This document shows positions 44,465 to 55,412 of a stretch of DNA of 64,000 nucleotides, piece after piece. A program made the position numbers and the translations under genes. The notes beneath the pieces are model-generated. The model searched no databases, had not been told where the DNA came from, and saw only the letters and a program-made list of their open reading frames with translations. The stretch is from positions 288,001 to 352,000 of the forward strand of contig CAVSDR010000004.1 in NCBI GenBank assembly GCA_963726745.1, written 5' to 3'. Position 1 is the stretch's first letter, and every line of letters starts with the position of its first letter. Source of the stretch: an uncultured Verrucomicrobiae bacterium. GTDB lineage: Bacteria; Verrucomicrobiota; Verrucomicrobiia; Chthoniobacterales; UBA10450.

Positions 44465-45885
44465 TTAGGCGGAGGCGCCGGCAGGGCGGGTGGCCGCCTT
44501 CTTCGAGCGCAGCGCATGGCGCACGAAGTTGTTGCCAATTTCCCACATCGGCCCCGGGAATTTGCGGCATTCCGTAAGCACGGCGTCGAGCGCCGTGACG
44601 AAGCGGTCGACTTCCTTTTCGCCAATCATGAGCGGCGGGAGAATCTTGACCACGTCCATCGCATGCCCGGCCACCTGGGTGAGGATGCGATGCTGGCTGA
44701 GCATCTGCGTGACCACCATTTGCGCGAAGAGCACTTTGTCGACCTTATGCAGAAGCTTCCAGCCCATGCGCAGCTTCAACTCGTTAGGCTCCTGGAATTC
44801 GATTGCGATGATCAAGCCCTTCCCGCGCACCTCCTTGATGAAGGAATGCTTCGCGCGCAGCGCATCGATCCGCTGCCTGAGCAGCTCGCCCATGCGCGCG
44901 GAGTTCTCGACCAACTTCTCGTTCTCGAGCACTTCGAGCGCGGCCAGGCCGCAGGCCATCGCCAGATTGTTCCGGCCAAAGGTGGTCGAGTGGACCACGC
45001 AACGGTCCATCCGGCTGAAGGTCTTTTGGTAAATCTCGCGCCGGGTGACAATCGCGCCGCAAGGGCACGTAACCGCCGCTCAGGCTCTTCGCGATTGTGA
45101 TGATGTCCGGCTCGAGATTCCAATGCTGGAAGCCGAACATTTTCCCGGTGCGTCCAAGACCAGTCTGCACTTCGTCGCTGATGAGCAGCGTCCCGTATTT
45201 CCGGCAAAGCGCCTGCGCGCTTCGGGAAGAAATCCGGCCCCGGAGTTTTGCAACCTTTGCCTTGGACCGGCTCGATCACGAACGCGGCCACGTCGCCTTT
45301 TTTCAGCTCCTGCTCGAGCGCCGCGAGATCATCCAGCGCGATCCGCGTGTCCCAGCCATCCATCAACTGCCCGAAGCCTTCGGTGAAACTTTCGCAACCC
45401 ATGAGCGAGAGCGACCCGAAACTGAGCCCATGCCAGCTCCCGGCGAGCGCAAGCATCCGCTTCCGGCCGGTCGCGGCGCGGGCAAACTTGAGCGCGCCTT
45501 CGACGGCTTCCGTGCCGCTGTTGCAAAAGAAAACGGCGTCGAGATGCGGCGGCGTGCGCTTGGTCAGCGCTTCCGCGAGCAGCCCGCTCAGGAGCGAGCA
45601 ATCCATCTGCACCATGTTCGGCAGGTCGAGCTCGAGCACGTCGCGGATCGCCTGCTGCACCGCAGGATGGTTGCGGCCGATGTTGAACACGGAATAGCCG
45701 CTCAGGAAGTCGAGGTAATCCCGCCCATCCATGTCGTAAAGATAGGCGCCTTCCGCGCGCGCATAGACCTTGTCAAAACCGATCACCCGCTGCGCTGCCA
45801 CCAGCGTGCGATTGAGGTGCTGCTCGTGCAGATCGTAGTTCTCGCCCAGCCGCGCGGCGACGATCTCCTTCAAGTCGAATGCCAT
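44465..45885 (-). CDS. Class III aminotransferase, HpnO-like; two +1 frameshifts (~45220, ~45061)
   Basis: [65 protein letters not shown] spread over three frames. Confidence 0.8.
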
Positions 45886-45957
45886 GGCCTCGTGTAGGCG
45901 ATTTACCCGGCAAAAGCAACTCGCGCGCCCCCGGGAGAAAGCTAAGGTGCGCAGCAC

Positions 45958-48214
45958 ATGCCTGCCGTTTCCGACCCGCCGATCACCGCTGAAGTTGTCG
46001 CCAAACATGGCCTCACGCCGGAGGAGTTTGAGCGGATCAAAAAGATCCTCGGCCGTGCGCCGAACTTCACCGAGCTGGGCGTCTTCTCGGTCATGTGGAG
46101 CGAGCATTGTTCCTACAAAAACTCGCGGCCGGAGCTGAAGAAATTTCCCACCAGCGGCCCGAACATTCTCGTGAAAGCGGGCGAGGAAAACGCCGGCGTG
46201 GTCGACATCGGCGACGGCTGGGCGGTTGCGTTCAAGATCGAGTCGCACAATCACCCGAGCGCGATTGAGCCTTTCCAAGGCGCGGCCACCGGCGTGGGCG
46301 GAATCATTCGCGACATCTTCACCATGGGGGCGCGTCCGGAGTTTTCGCTCAACTCGCTCCGCTTCGGTCCGATCACCGGCGCTGGGCCGAACGTGCGCAC
46401 AAATCGCCGGCTCTTTTCCGGCGTGGTCGCGGGCATTTCGCACTACGGAAATTGCATCGGCGTGCCCACGATTGGCGGCGAGATCTACTTCGACGAAAGC
46501 TTCGAGGGCAATCCACTGGTGAACGTTTTTTGCCTCGGCGTGCTCCGGCACGAACAGCTCGCGCGCGGCGCCGCCAGCGGCGTGGGCAATCCGGTCTTCT
46601 ACGTCGGCGCGGAGACGGGTCGCGATGGACTCGCAGGCGCGGCCTTCGCCTCGCGCGAGCTTACAGAAGAGTCGCGCGAAGACCGGCCCGGCCGTGCAGG
46701 TAGGCGACCCTTTCAAGGAGAAGCTCCTGCTCGAGGCGTGCCTGGAATTGCTCGCGACCGACGCCGTCGCCGGCATCCAGGACATGGGCGCGGCCGGTCT
46801 CACCTGCTCGACCTGCGAGACCGCCAGCCGCGGCGGCACCGGCGTGGAGATCGACCTCGCGAAGGTGCCGAAGCGCGAGACCGGGATGACGCCCTACGAA
46901 ACGCTCCTGAGCGAGTCGCAGGAGCGGATGCTGATCATTGCGCACAAGGGCAAGGAACAGGTCGTTAGGCAGATTTTTGAAAAGTGGGACGTGCCTTGCG
47001 CGGAGATCGGGCGCGTGACCGATGACGGGATGATGCGCGTGCTCGACCACGGCGTGACCGCGGTGGAAATCCCGGCAAAGCCGCTCGCGGATGAGGCGCC
47101 GATTTATCATCGCGAAGTGGCCGCCCCGGAACCCGAGCCGGTGCTCGACCTCGCGAGTGTCCCGGAGCTCAATCCGCAAGAGGCGCTGCCGCAGTTGCTG
47201 GCTGATCCGACGATCGCTTCGAAGAACTGGGTCTACCGGCAATACGACCACATGGTTCGCACTGGCACGGTCGTGCCGCCGGGCTCGGACGCAGCGGTTT
47301 TTCACGTGCGCGCGGCGGATAAATTCCTCGCGGCCACGAGCGATTGCAATTCGCTCTACTGCTCGTTAGACCCACGTGAAGGTGGACGCATCGCGGTGGC
47401 CGAGGCCGCGCGCAATCTCGCCTGTTCCGGAGCCACCCCGCTGGCAGTGACCGACAATCTCAACTTCGGAAATCCCTACAAGCCGGCGAACTTCTGGCAG
47501 CTCCGCGAGAGCGTTGAAGGCATCTCCGAAACCTGCCGCGCCTTCGGCACGCCGGTTATCGGCGGGAACGTCTCGCTCTATAATGAAAGCCCCGCGGGCG
47601 TAGTCGACCCGACGCCGACGGTGGCGATGGTGGGCTTGATTGCAAAGGAAGCGCACATCACCACGCAATTCTTCAAGCAGGCGGGCGACGCGATCCTGCT
47701 CCTTGGCTCGTTAGGCAGCGACTTGGGCGCCTCGCGTTACCTGAAAGTTTGCCATGGGCGCAAGGCCGGGCGGCCGCCGCGCCTCGACGTCGAGCGCGAG
47801 CTCGCGGTGCAGAAAGCGGTGCGCGACCTGATCCACGCCGGGCTCGTGCGAAGCGCGCACGATTGTTCCGAAGGCGGCCTCGCGGTTGCGCTCGCGGAAA
47901 GCTGCTTCAGTCCCGAGGGCTTGCTCGGCGCTGAAGTGGAATTAGACAGCGAACTGCGCGCCGACGAGCTCCTCTTCAATGAAGCGCAAGCACGCATTGT
48001 GATCTCGGTCGCAGCCGACAACCTGGAGAAAGCGCACGCAATTCTCGAAGCGGCCGGCATTCCTCAGCAGCGCCTCGGAACTGTCGGCGGCGAGCATTTA
48101 GCCATCGAGATCAGCGGCACCGAACGGCGCTGGCCGATCGCGCAGCTGCATGACGAATGGTATTTTGCGATCGCGCGCGCCATCGGCACCGCGGCCGAGG
48201 AACTCGAACATTGA
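45958..48214 (+). CDS. purL: Phosphoribosylformylglycinamidine synthase subunit PurL; +1 frameshift ~46688-46691
   Basis: [56 protein letters not shown]. Confidence 0.95.
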
Positions 48215-48246
48215 ACGGCCAAACCTTTGGTGGAAGGTAGCGCTGG

Positions 48247-49740
48247 ATGTCGTTTGAATTAGCCAGGCAGAGCGCGGCGGAAGAGTCTCCGCACCCGCAG
48301 CACGAGTGCGGGATTTTCGCGGTCTTCGGCCATCCGAACGCTGCCGTCCTGACCTACTACGGGCTTTTCGCGCTGCAACATCGCGGGCAGGAAAGCGCCG
48401 GCATCGTGACCAGCAACGGACCCGGGCACAACTTCCAGGTGCATCGGGACATGGGCCTGGTCTCACAGGTTTTTGGCGCCGGGGACCTCGAGCGGATCAA
48501 AGGCACGCGCGCGGTCGGCCATGCGCGCTATTCCACCACCGGTTCGAGCACGCTCAAGAACGCGCAGCCGTTTGTGGTCGATTGCTTCCGCGGCCAGATC
48601 GCGGTGGCGCACAACGGCAACCTGATCAACGCCGCCGTCCTGCGCGACGAACTCGAGCGCAAAGGTTCCATTTTCCAAAGCACCGCAGACAGCGAGATCA
48701 TCCCGCATCTGCTCGCGCAGCCGCAGCAAAATGGCGGCAACGCCCTGAGCGTCCTCCGCCGGCTCGAGGGCGCCTTTTCGCTCGTGATCATGAGCGAGCG
48801 CGAGATCATCGCGGTGCGCGATCCCTTCGGCTTCCGTCCGCTGGTCATGGGCAAGCTCGATGGCGCCTACGTTTTTGCTTCGGAGACCTGCGCCTTCGAC
48901 CTGGTTCACGCCGAGTTCATCCGCGAGGTGGAGCCGGGCGAGGTCATCATTGTGAACGAGGAGGGCATTCGCTCGGAGTGGCCCTTCCGCGACGAGAAGC
49001 AGGCCTTCTGCATGTTTGAGTACGTCTACTTCGCGCGGCCGGACAGCATCGTCGGCGGGGTCAACGTGGCCAAGGTCCGCACCGAGATGGGTCGCGAGCT
49101 CGCGCGGCGTTTTCCGGTGGAGGCTGACATCGTCGTGCCGGTGCCCGACTCCGGGAACTATGCGGCGCTGGGCTTTGCCCAGGAGCTCAAAATTCCTTAC
49201 GAGCACGCCTTTGTCCGCAATCACTACATCGGCCGCACCTTCCTCCAGCCGAGCCAGCTGATCCGTGACTTCGACGTGCGGGTAAAACTGAATTTGATCA
49301 AGGAAGCGGTGGAAGGAAAACGCGTGGTCGTGATCGACGATTCCATCGTGCGCGGCACGACCGCGCGCGCCCGCGTGGTCAATCTGCGCGAAGCCGGCGC
49401 CAAGGAAGTGCACATGCGCGTGAGCTGTCCGCCGCATCGTTTTGCCTGCCATTACGGGATCGATTTCCCCGACCCGGAGAAGCTGATCGCGAACCAGCTT
49501 TCGATGGAGCAAATCTGCGAATACCTCGGCGTGGACAGTCTGGGTTACCTCGACCTCGATGGCATGGTGCGCGCCACCGGCAAGGCTACCGACACCTTCT
49601 GCCTCGCCTGCTTCACCGGCAGCTATCCGCTCCCGGTCGACCCAGAGCTGGACAAGTTCATCATGGAAAAACGCGAAAGCCGCTCGAAGGCTCTCGCCGA
49701 AAGCGAAGCGCATCCGAGTTTGTTTGCCGACTTGAAGTAA
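48247..49740 (+). CDS. purF: Amidophosphoribosyltransferase
   Basis: ECGIF, LQHRGQESAG, GHARYST, HNGNL, FEYVYFARPDS, DDSIVRGTT. Confidence 0.97.
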   Translation: MSFELARQSAAEESPHPQHECGIFAVFGHPNAAVLTYYGLFALQHRGQESAGIVTSNGPGHNFQVHRDMGLVSQVFGAGDLERIKGTRAVGHARYSTTGSSTLKNAQPFVVDCFRGQIAVAHNGNLINAAVLRDELERKGSIFQSTADSEIIPHLLAQPQQNGGNALSVLRRLEGAFSLVIMSEREIIAVRDPFGFRPLVMGKLDGAYVFASETCAFDLVHAEFIREVEPGEVIIVNEEGIRSEWPFRDEKQAFCMFEYVYFARPDSIVGGVNVAKVRTEMGRELARRFPVEADIVVPVPDSGNYAALGFAQELKIPYEHAFVRNHYIGRTFLQPSQLIRDFDVRVKLNLIKEAVEGKRVVVIDDSIVRGTTARARVVNLREAGAKEVHMRVSCPPHRFACHYGIDFPDPEKLIANQLSMEQICEYLGVDSLGYLDLDGMVRATGKATDTFCLACFTGSYPLPVDPELDKFIMEKRESRSKALAESEAHPSLFADLK

Positions 49741-49746
49741 CTCGCG

Positions 49747-50764
49747 ATGCCGCGGAAAGCCTACGCCCGCGCCGGGGTCGATGTGGACCTGGGCAACCTG
49801 GTCAAGAAGCGCATCCAGGCGCGGGTGAAAAGCACCCACGGCCCGGAAGTGCTGGGTAAAATCGGCGGCTTCGGCGGCTTGTTCGCGCCGAACTTCAAAG
49901 GCCTGCGCGAACCCGTCCTCGTGGCCAGCGTCGACGGCGTCGGCACGAAGTTAAAAATAGCCTTCGCGATGAAGCGGCACGACACCGTCGGCGCCGACCT
50001 GGTGAACCATTGCATCAACGACATCGCGGTCCTCGGCGCGCGCCCCTTGTTCTTTCTCGACTACATCGGCGCGGAGCGACTGGAACCTAAAGTCTTCGAT
50101 CAAATCCTGGCGGGCTTCACCATGGCTTGCCGCACTGGCGGCTGCGCGCTGATCGGTGGCGAGACCGCGCAAATGCCCGGGATGTATCAAAGGGGCGAGT
50201 ATGATCTTGCTGGCTGTATTGTCGGCGTGGTCGATCGCAAGATGATGCTCGATGGCCGCCGGATTCGCGCAGGCGATGTCATTCTCGGCCTGCCCTCGAA
50301 TGGCCTGCACACCAATGGCTACTCGCTCGCGCGAAAGATTTTCCTCGAGCAGATGGGACTCAAACTGACCGCGCGTCTGCCGGGGCTCAAGCAGTCGTTA
50401 GGCAGCGAATTGCTCCGCACGCACAAGAATTACCAGCCGCTCCTGGCCAAGGTGCCACTGGCAAAATTACGCGGCCTGGCCCACATCACCGGCGGCGGAT
50501 TAGTCGACAATCTGCCGCGCGTGCTTCCCCGGGATTGCGACGCGCTGATCGAGACCGGCAGCTGGAAAGTGCCGGCTATTTTCCAGCTTCTGGCCGACGC
50601 ACGGTAAGGTGCCGCGCGAGGAAATGTATCAAGTCTTCAACATGGGCATCGGCATGGCCGCGATCGTCGCCCGCAAGGATGCGGCGGAACTCGCGCGGGC
50701 TTTACGGGCGCGCCCGATTGGCCGCATCGCGCCCGGCACCGGCCAGACGCGCTTGCTCTTCTAG
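49747..50764 (+). CDS. purM: Phosphoribosylformylglycinamidine cyclo-ligase; +1 frameshift ~50598
   Basis: DGVGTK, GGETAQMPG, GLHTNGYSL, HITGGG; EEMYQVFNMGIG continues in the shifted frame to TAG 50764. Confidence 0.95.
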
Positions 50765-50788
50765 TTCCCCCGGTCCTACCTTCAATCG

Positions 50789-51688
50789 ATGGAGAAACGT
50801 CCTTTCGGCAAAACCGACATGCAGGTTTCCGTGCTCGGCTTTGGCGGCTCGGAAATCGGCTTCGAGCAAGCCAGCAAGGAGACCGTGGGACAACTCCTGA
50901 ATAGCGCGCTCGACGCCGGCTTAAACGTAATCGACACCGCGGAATGCTACGAAGGCAGCGAGGAGTTAATCGGCCAGACAGTGAGCCATCGGCGCGCGGA
51001 ATTTTACCTCTTCACCAAGGTAGGTCACCCGCGCGGCGTCGGCAGCGAAGATTGGTCGGCCGCCTCGATTCTCGAAAGCATTGAGCGCAGCTTGCGCCTT
51101 CTAAAGACCGAGGTGCTCGACCTGGTGCAACTGCATAGCTGCTCGGAAGCGGTCTTGCGCAAAGGTGAAGTCATCACCGCCCTGCAGACGGCCCGCGAGC
51201 GCGGCTACACCCGCTATCTCGGTTACAGCGGCGACAACCGCGCGGCACGGTACGCGGTGGAAACTGATGCCTTCGATACCCTCCAGACTTCGCTCAATAT
51301 CGCCGACCAGGAAGCGATCGAGTTAACCTTGCCGCTGGCCCGCGAAAAAAACCTCGGCGTAATCGCGAAACGCCCGATCGCCAATGCCGCCTGGAAAACC
51401 GGGCACAAGCCGATCGATTCCTACCAGCACGTTTACTGGGATCGGCTGCGGAAATTAAACTACGACTTCCTTCGCTCGAAGCCGCTCGAGCAATCCATCG
51501 GGCACGCGCTGCGTTTTACCCTCTCGGTTCCCGGGGTGCACACGGCGATCGTCGGCACCGGCAAACCCGAACGCTGGCAGGAAAATGCCCGCCTGCTCGA
51601 AGCCGGGGCCTTGAGCGAGGAAGAATTCCGCGCCATCCGCGAACGCTGGGACGATCTCGCGGCGGCCACCTGGGTTGGGCAAACATGA
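50789..51688 (+). CDS. Aldo/keto reductase
   Basis: [28 protein letters not shown]. Confidence 0.9.
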   Translation: MEKRPFGKTDMQVSVLGFGGSEIGFEQASKETVGQLLNSALDAGLNVIDTAECYEGSEELIGQTVSHRRAEFYLFTKVGHPRGVGSEDWSAASILESIERSLRLLKTEVLDLVQLHSCSEAVLRKGEVITALQTARERGYTRYLGYSGDNRAARYAVETDAFDTLQTSLNIADQEAIELTLPLAREKNLGVIAKRPIANAAWKTGHKPIDSYQHVYWDRLRKLNYDFLRSKPLEQSIGHALRFTLSVPGVHTAIVGTGKPERWQENARLLEAGALSEEEFRAIRERWDDLAAATWVGQT

Positions 51689-52674
51689 GACAACGAAAAC
51701 TGGGACGCGGCGGACCTTGCGTGTCCGCGCTGGGACTGGGTTGCATGGGCATGTCGGATTTCTATGCCGGCCGCGATGAAGCCGAGTCCGTGGCTACGCT
51801 CGAGCGCGCGCTGGAATTAGGCATCACTTTCTTCGACACCGCGGACATGTATGGCCCGCACACGAACGAGCAACTCGTCGGGCGCGTGCTCAAAAACCGG
51901 CGCGAGCAAGTGGTGTTGGCGACCAAGTTTGGGATCGTGCGCGACCCGGCCAATCCCAAGACACGCGGCGTAAGCGGGAAACCGGACTATGTGCGCCAGG
52001 CCTGCGAAGCAAGCCTGCGTCGGCTCGGTTTCGAATGCCTCGACCTTTACTACCAACACCGGGTCGACCCGGAAACGCCGATCGAGGAAACAGTCGGCGC
52101 GATGGCGGAATTGGTCGTCGCGGGCAAGGTGCGTTACCTTGGCCTTTCGGAAGCGAGCGCGGAAACCATCCGGCGCGCGCATGCCGTCCACCCGATCACC
52201 GCGGTGCAATCGGAGTATTCGCTCTGGACGCGCGACCCGGAAGAAAACGTGCTCCAGACTTGCCGGGAATTAGGCATCGGTTTCGTGCCCTACAGCCCGC
52301 TCGGCCGCGGATTCCTGACTGGGCAGATCAAGCGTTATGAGGACCTGGCGGAAGACGATTACCGCCGGCAATCGCCAAGGTTCCAGGGAGCTAATTTCCA
52401 GCGCAACCTCGACCTGGTGCAGCGGGTCGGCCAGCTCGCGCGCGAGAAGCATTGCACCCCGGGACAGCTGGCGCTTGCCTGGGTGCTGGCGCAAGGCGAT
52501 GACATCGTCCCGATTCCTGGAACCAAGCGCCGGAAATACCTCGGGGAAAACGTGGGCGCACTGGAGGTGAACCTAACGAGTGCCGACCTCGCGCGGATCG
52601 AGGAGCTGGCGCCGCGGGATGCTTTTGCGGGCGAGCGTTACCCTGCGGAAATGATGAAGACGGTGAATCGCTAA
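51685..52674 (+). CDS. Aldo/keto reductase
   Basis: [44 protein letters not shown]. Confidence 0.93.
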   Translation: MRQRKLGRGGPCVSALGLGCMGMSDFYAGRDEAESVATLERALELGITFFDTADMYGPHTNEQLVGRVLKNRREQVVLATKFGIVRDPANPKTRGVSGKPDYVRQACEASLRRLGFECLDLYYQHRVDPETPIEETVGAMAELVVAGKVRYLGLSEASAETIRRAHAVHPITAVQSEYSLWTRDPEENVLQTCRELGIGFVPYSPLGRGFLTGQIKRYEDLAEDDYRRQSPRFQGANFQRNLDLVQRVGQLAREKHCTPGQLALAWVLAQGDDIVPIPGTKRRKYLGENVGALEVNLTSADLARIEELAPRDAFAGERYPAEMMKTVNR

Positions 52675-52714
52675 GCGACCCACCGTCTTCGTTTCAATTC
52701 CGAAATTGCGGAAA

Positions 52715-53182
52715 TTACTTCCCGGCGCGGCGCGCGGCCCAACGGGCCTTCATCGACTCGGCCAGGCGGCGGCGACCCTCCGGCGTAATGCCTCCGCGGC
52801 GCTTGCGTCCTTGGCCGGCGCTTTTGCTGGCTGACTTCCCGGCGCGCTTTGCGGAATTGGAGCTCTCACTCGCTCCGCTTCCCTGGTTTTGCTTCGCCCA
52901 GCGACGGCGGGCGGCCGCGGCTAGCTTGGCCTTGGTCGCGGCGGACATGGGACGGCGACGCCGGCGACCGTTGCTGGATTTGGAGCCCGTGCTTTCCGCA
53001 CCGCTGCTGCTTTCTTCGCTGCTGCTGGCAGCCGAGCGAGGCGGGCGACCCGGCCGACGGCGGGTGGTCGTGCTGCCAGTGCTCCCGCTACCACCAAACA
53101 GGTTCCCCAGCTTCTCTTCCAAAGCTTGAATCTGTTCGCGCAGAGAAACTGCTTGTCTTAACTTATCGAGGGATAGGTCCAT
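52715..53182 (-). CDS. Small, highly basic hypothetical protein (possible nucleic-acid binding)
   Basis: N-terminal coiled coil, RRRPGRPPR, and two repeats MSAATKAKLAAAARRRWAK / ITPEGRRRLAESMKARWAA. Confidence 0.7.
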   Translation of the reverse strand: MDLSLDKLRQAVSLREQIQALEEKLGNLFGGSGSTGSTTTRRRPGRPPRSAASSSEESSSGAESTGSKSSNGRRRRRPMSAATKAKLAAAARRRWAKQNQGSGASESSNSAKRAGKSASKSAGQGRKRRGGITPEGRRRLAESMKARWAARRAGK

Positions 53183-53338
53183 GTGCCTAACGATGAACTA
53201 ATGCTAAGTGGAAGCAAGCTTAGTTTTCCGAACAACTAGTTGAAGGCCAAGGCGATCCATCTCCCGGGTGACCCTGGAGGAAGCGAAGCGCGGACTTGCG
53301 CGGCTTCCTTTTCTCTGTCACCTCCCAGTCGACGCACC

Positions 53339-53410
53339 GGGCAGTTAGCTCAGCGGTAGAGCGGCTCGTTTACACCGAGTTGGTCGGGGGTTCGATCCCC
53401 TCACTGCCCA
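53339..53410 (+). tRNA. tRNA-Val (TAC)
   Basis: GGGCAGTTAGCTCAGCGGTAGAGCGGCTCGTTTACACCGAGTTGGTCGGGGGTTCGATCCCCTCACTGCCCA. Confidence 0.95.
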
Positions 53411-53804
53411 CGCCTTTCGCCAGCGGAGGCTCCCATAACTCCACCCGGTTTCCTTCCGGGTCCATCACCCAGGCGAACCGGCCAAACTCCGATGCTTCCG
53501 GGTTTTCCTCCACGGTCACGCCGGCGGCGCGCAAGAGCTTCACTAGTTCGTCGAGCTCGGCCACGCGGAAGTTAATCATGAAAGGCTGCGCGCTCGGCGC
53601 GAAGTATTCCGTGTCTGCCGGAAAGGGCGACCAGGTAAGGTAAGATTCGCGGCGCGGCTCTGTCGCCGCTTCCGCTTCCGGACGAAAGACTACCCCGCCC
53701 CAGTCTTCCACCTCCAGGCCGAGGTGGCGCGCATACCAGGCCGCGAGGGCTTCCGGGTCGCGTGCCTTGAAGAAAATGCCGCCTATTCCGAGAACACGTT
53801 TCAT
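53370..53804 (-). CDS. VOC/glyoxalase family protein
   Basis: MKRVLGIGGIFFKARDPEAL..WY, FMINFRV, WVMDPEGNRVELWEP. Confidence 0.88.
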   Translation of the reverse strand: MKRVLGIGGIFFKARDPEALAAWYARHLGLEVEDWGGVVFRPEAEAATEPRRESYLTWSPFPADTEYFAPSAQPFMINFRVAELDELVKLLRAAGVTVEENPEASEFGRFAWVMDPEGNRVELWEPPLAKGVGSEGIEPPTNSV

Positions 53805-53884
53805 GGTGCGAGTCTGTGCCCTCCGGCCCCTCGGAAACAATCCGCAATTCGCCGCCCTGCGCGAGACGCGCTACTTTGCCAGCG

Positions 53885-54673
53885 ATGGAAAATGGAGAAG
53901 CTGCCGAAGGGTTGGAAGTGCGCAGTTACTTTGTCCGGGGCCGGAACGCGCTCGTGGCCCGGGCGGATTTTGGCGAGCTGTATGTCGATTACTACCTGCA
54001 CCAGGGCCAATACGGTTACCACCACGCGCCGCAGCATGATGGCATGCTGAAGGAAGCACTCGCGGCCTTGACCCTGCACTGTGCCTCGCGGCCTTGGAAC
54101 GAGGCCTGGGCCTGGACGATTCACTTCCAGGAGCCTTTGCTGAACTTGTTTGTCACCGGCGATAACCGCCGCGGGATTATCGTCGGTCAGATTTTTACCG
54201 AGAATGTGAAGGACGACGGGCGCAATCTTTTCTCGGCCGACTTTGTGAAGGAGCGCGAAGGTTCCCGCCGCAGCGCGATCGAATTCCAGGGAGCCTCGCC
54301 TTTCGCGATCGTGGAGGAATACTACGCGCGCAGCGAGCAACGGCCGGCGCGCTACTTCCAGCATGGCCCGGAGGATTTCGTGATGGTTTCCGCGCAGCCC
54401 GGCTGCGATCTGGAATGGTTCGAGCAACTCGACGACGAGAAAGTGCGCGCGCTCGACGCCACCGAAACCCTGAGCCTGCTCGAGCAACGCAGCTATCGCT
54501 GGGGCTGCGGCTGCTCGCAGGAGCGAATGTTCTCCATCCTCGCGCCGATGATGCGGAACGATCCCGCGGCGCTCTTCGGCGACGAGGCGGTCCTGCGCGT
54601 CAGTTGCCCGCGCTGCGGCGCGTTGCATCTGGTCACGCGCGAAGCCCTGGAAGCTTTCGTGACCCAAAGCTGA
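53885..54673 (+). CDS. hslO: Hsp33 redox-regulated chaperone
   Basis: C-terminal CGCS ... CPRC zinc motif; family-typical length. Confidence 0.75.
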   Translation: MENGEAAEGLEVRSYFVRGRNALVARADFGELYVDYYLHQGQYGYHHAPQHDGMLKEALAALTLHCASRPWNEAWAWTIHFQEPLLNLFVTGDNRRGIIVGQIFTENVKDDGRNLFSADFVKEREGSRRSAIEFQGASPFAIVEEYYARSEQRPARYFQHGPEDFVMVSAQPGCDLEWFEQLDDEKVRALDATETLSLLEQRSYRWGCGCSQERMFSILAPMMRNDPAALFGDEAVLRVSCPRCGALHLVTREALEAFVTQS

Positions 54674-54686
54674 CGCGCCGCCGGCC

Positions 54687-55412
54687 ATGAACAATCTTTA
54701 CCTTTACCTGAACGGCGTCCGCCGCGGACCCATCGAGGAAAGGCGCGTGCGCGCCCTGCTCGAGGAGCAACTCCTGCGACCGGAGGACCTGGCCAGCGCC
54801 GAGGTCCAGGGCGAGTTGAAACCGCTGGCTCATTTCCTCGCGCCGGCTCCAGCCGTGCCACCACTCGTTAGGCCCACCGCTGTTCCCTTGCCGGCTACGG
54901 CGCTTGGCTCGTATTCCCGCGCCACCCTCGGTGCGGACGAGGTGCCATTCTTCCAAACGAACCTGCACTGGATCGTTTTCCTCCGCTTCGGCCTTGCCGG
55001 GCTGGTGCTCTTTCTCTTCGCGGCCTTGCCCCTGGCGGTGGGCGTGCAGGCCCTGCTCGGCTCGCAGCTCGGCTGGTTTCTCCTCCCCCTGCCCGCCTTT
55101 GTGATGGTCCCGCCGGCGCTGGCCTACGCCAGCAGCGAGCTCGTGATTACGAACATGCGCGTCTTGATCAAGACCGGCGTCATCCGACGCCAATCGCTCG
55201 AGATGTTTGTCCCGCGGATCGAGTCGATCGCGGTCGAGCAGGGATTTCTCGGCCGCCTCTTCGATTACGGCACGGTCTTGATTCGCGGCACCGGCGGTTT
55301 CCAGGAACCCTTCGAGTCCATCGCGCGGCCGCTGGAGTTTCGGAACTGCGTGCAGCGCCTGCAAAACGGCAGCCCGGAAGGGAGCGCAGGCCTGCGCCAA
55401 AGGGCTGGCTAA
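54687..55412 (+). CDS. Membrane protein with N-terminal GYF_2-like and C-terminal bacterial PH domain
   Basis: YLYLNGVRRGP; two TM helices; ITNMRVLIKTG..IESIAVEQGFLGRLFDYGTVLI. Confidence 0.75.
   Translation: MNNLYLYLNGVRRGPIEERRVRALLEEQLLRPEDLASAEVQGELKPLAHFLAPAPAVPPLVRPTAVPLPATALGSYSRATLGADEVPFFQTNLHWIVFLRFGLAGLVLFLFAALPLAVGVQALLGSQLGWFLLPLPAFVMVPPALAYASSELVITNMRVLIKTGVIRRQSLEMFVPRIESIAVEQGFLGRLFDYGTVLIRGTGGFQEPFESIARPLEFRNCVQRLQNGSPEGSAGLRQRAG

Noticed and set aside
53339..53410. Prophage or genomic island integrated at tRNA-Val, tRNA-Trp or tRNA-Thr
   Set aside because: No integrase and no duplicated tRNA 3' end were found in the window; the flanking genes look native.
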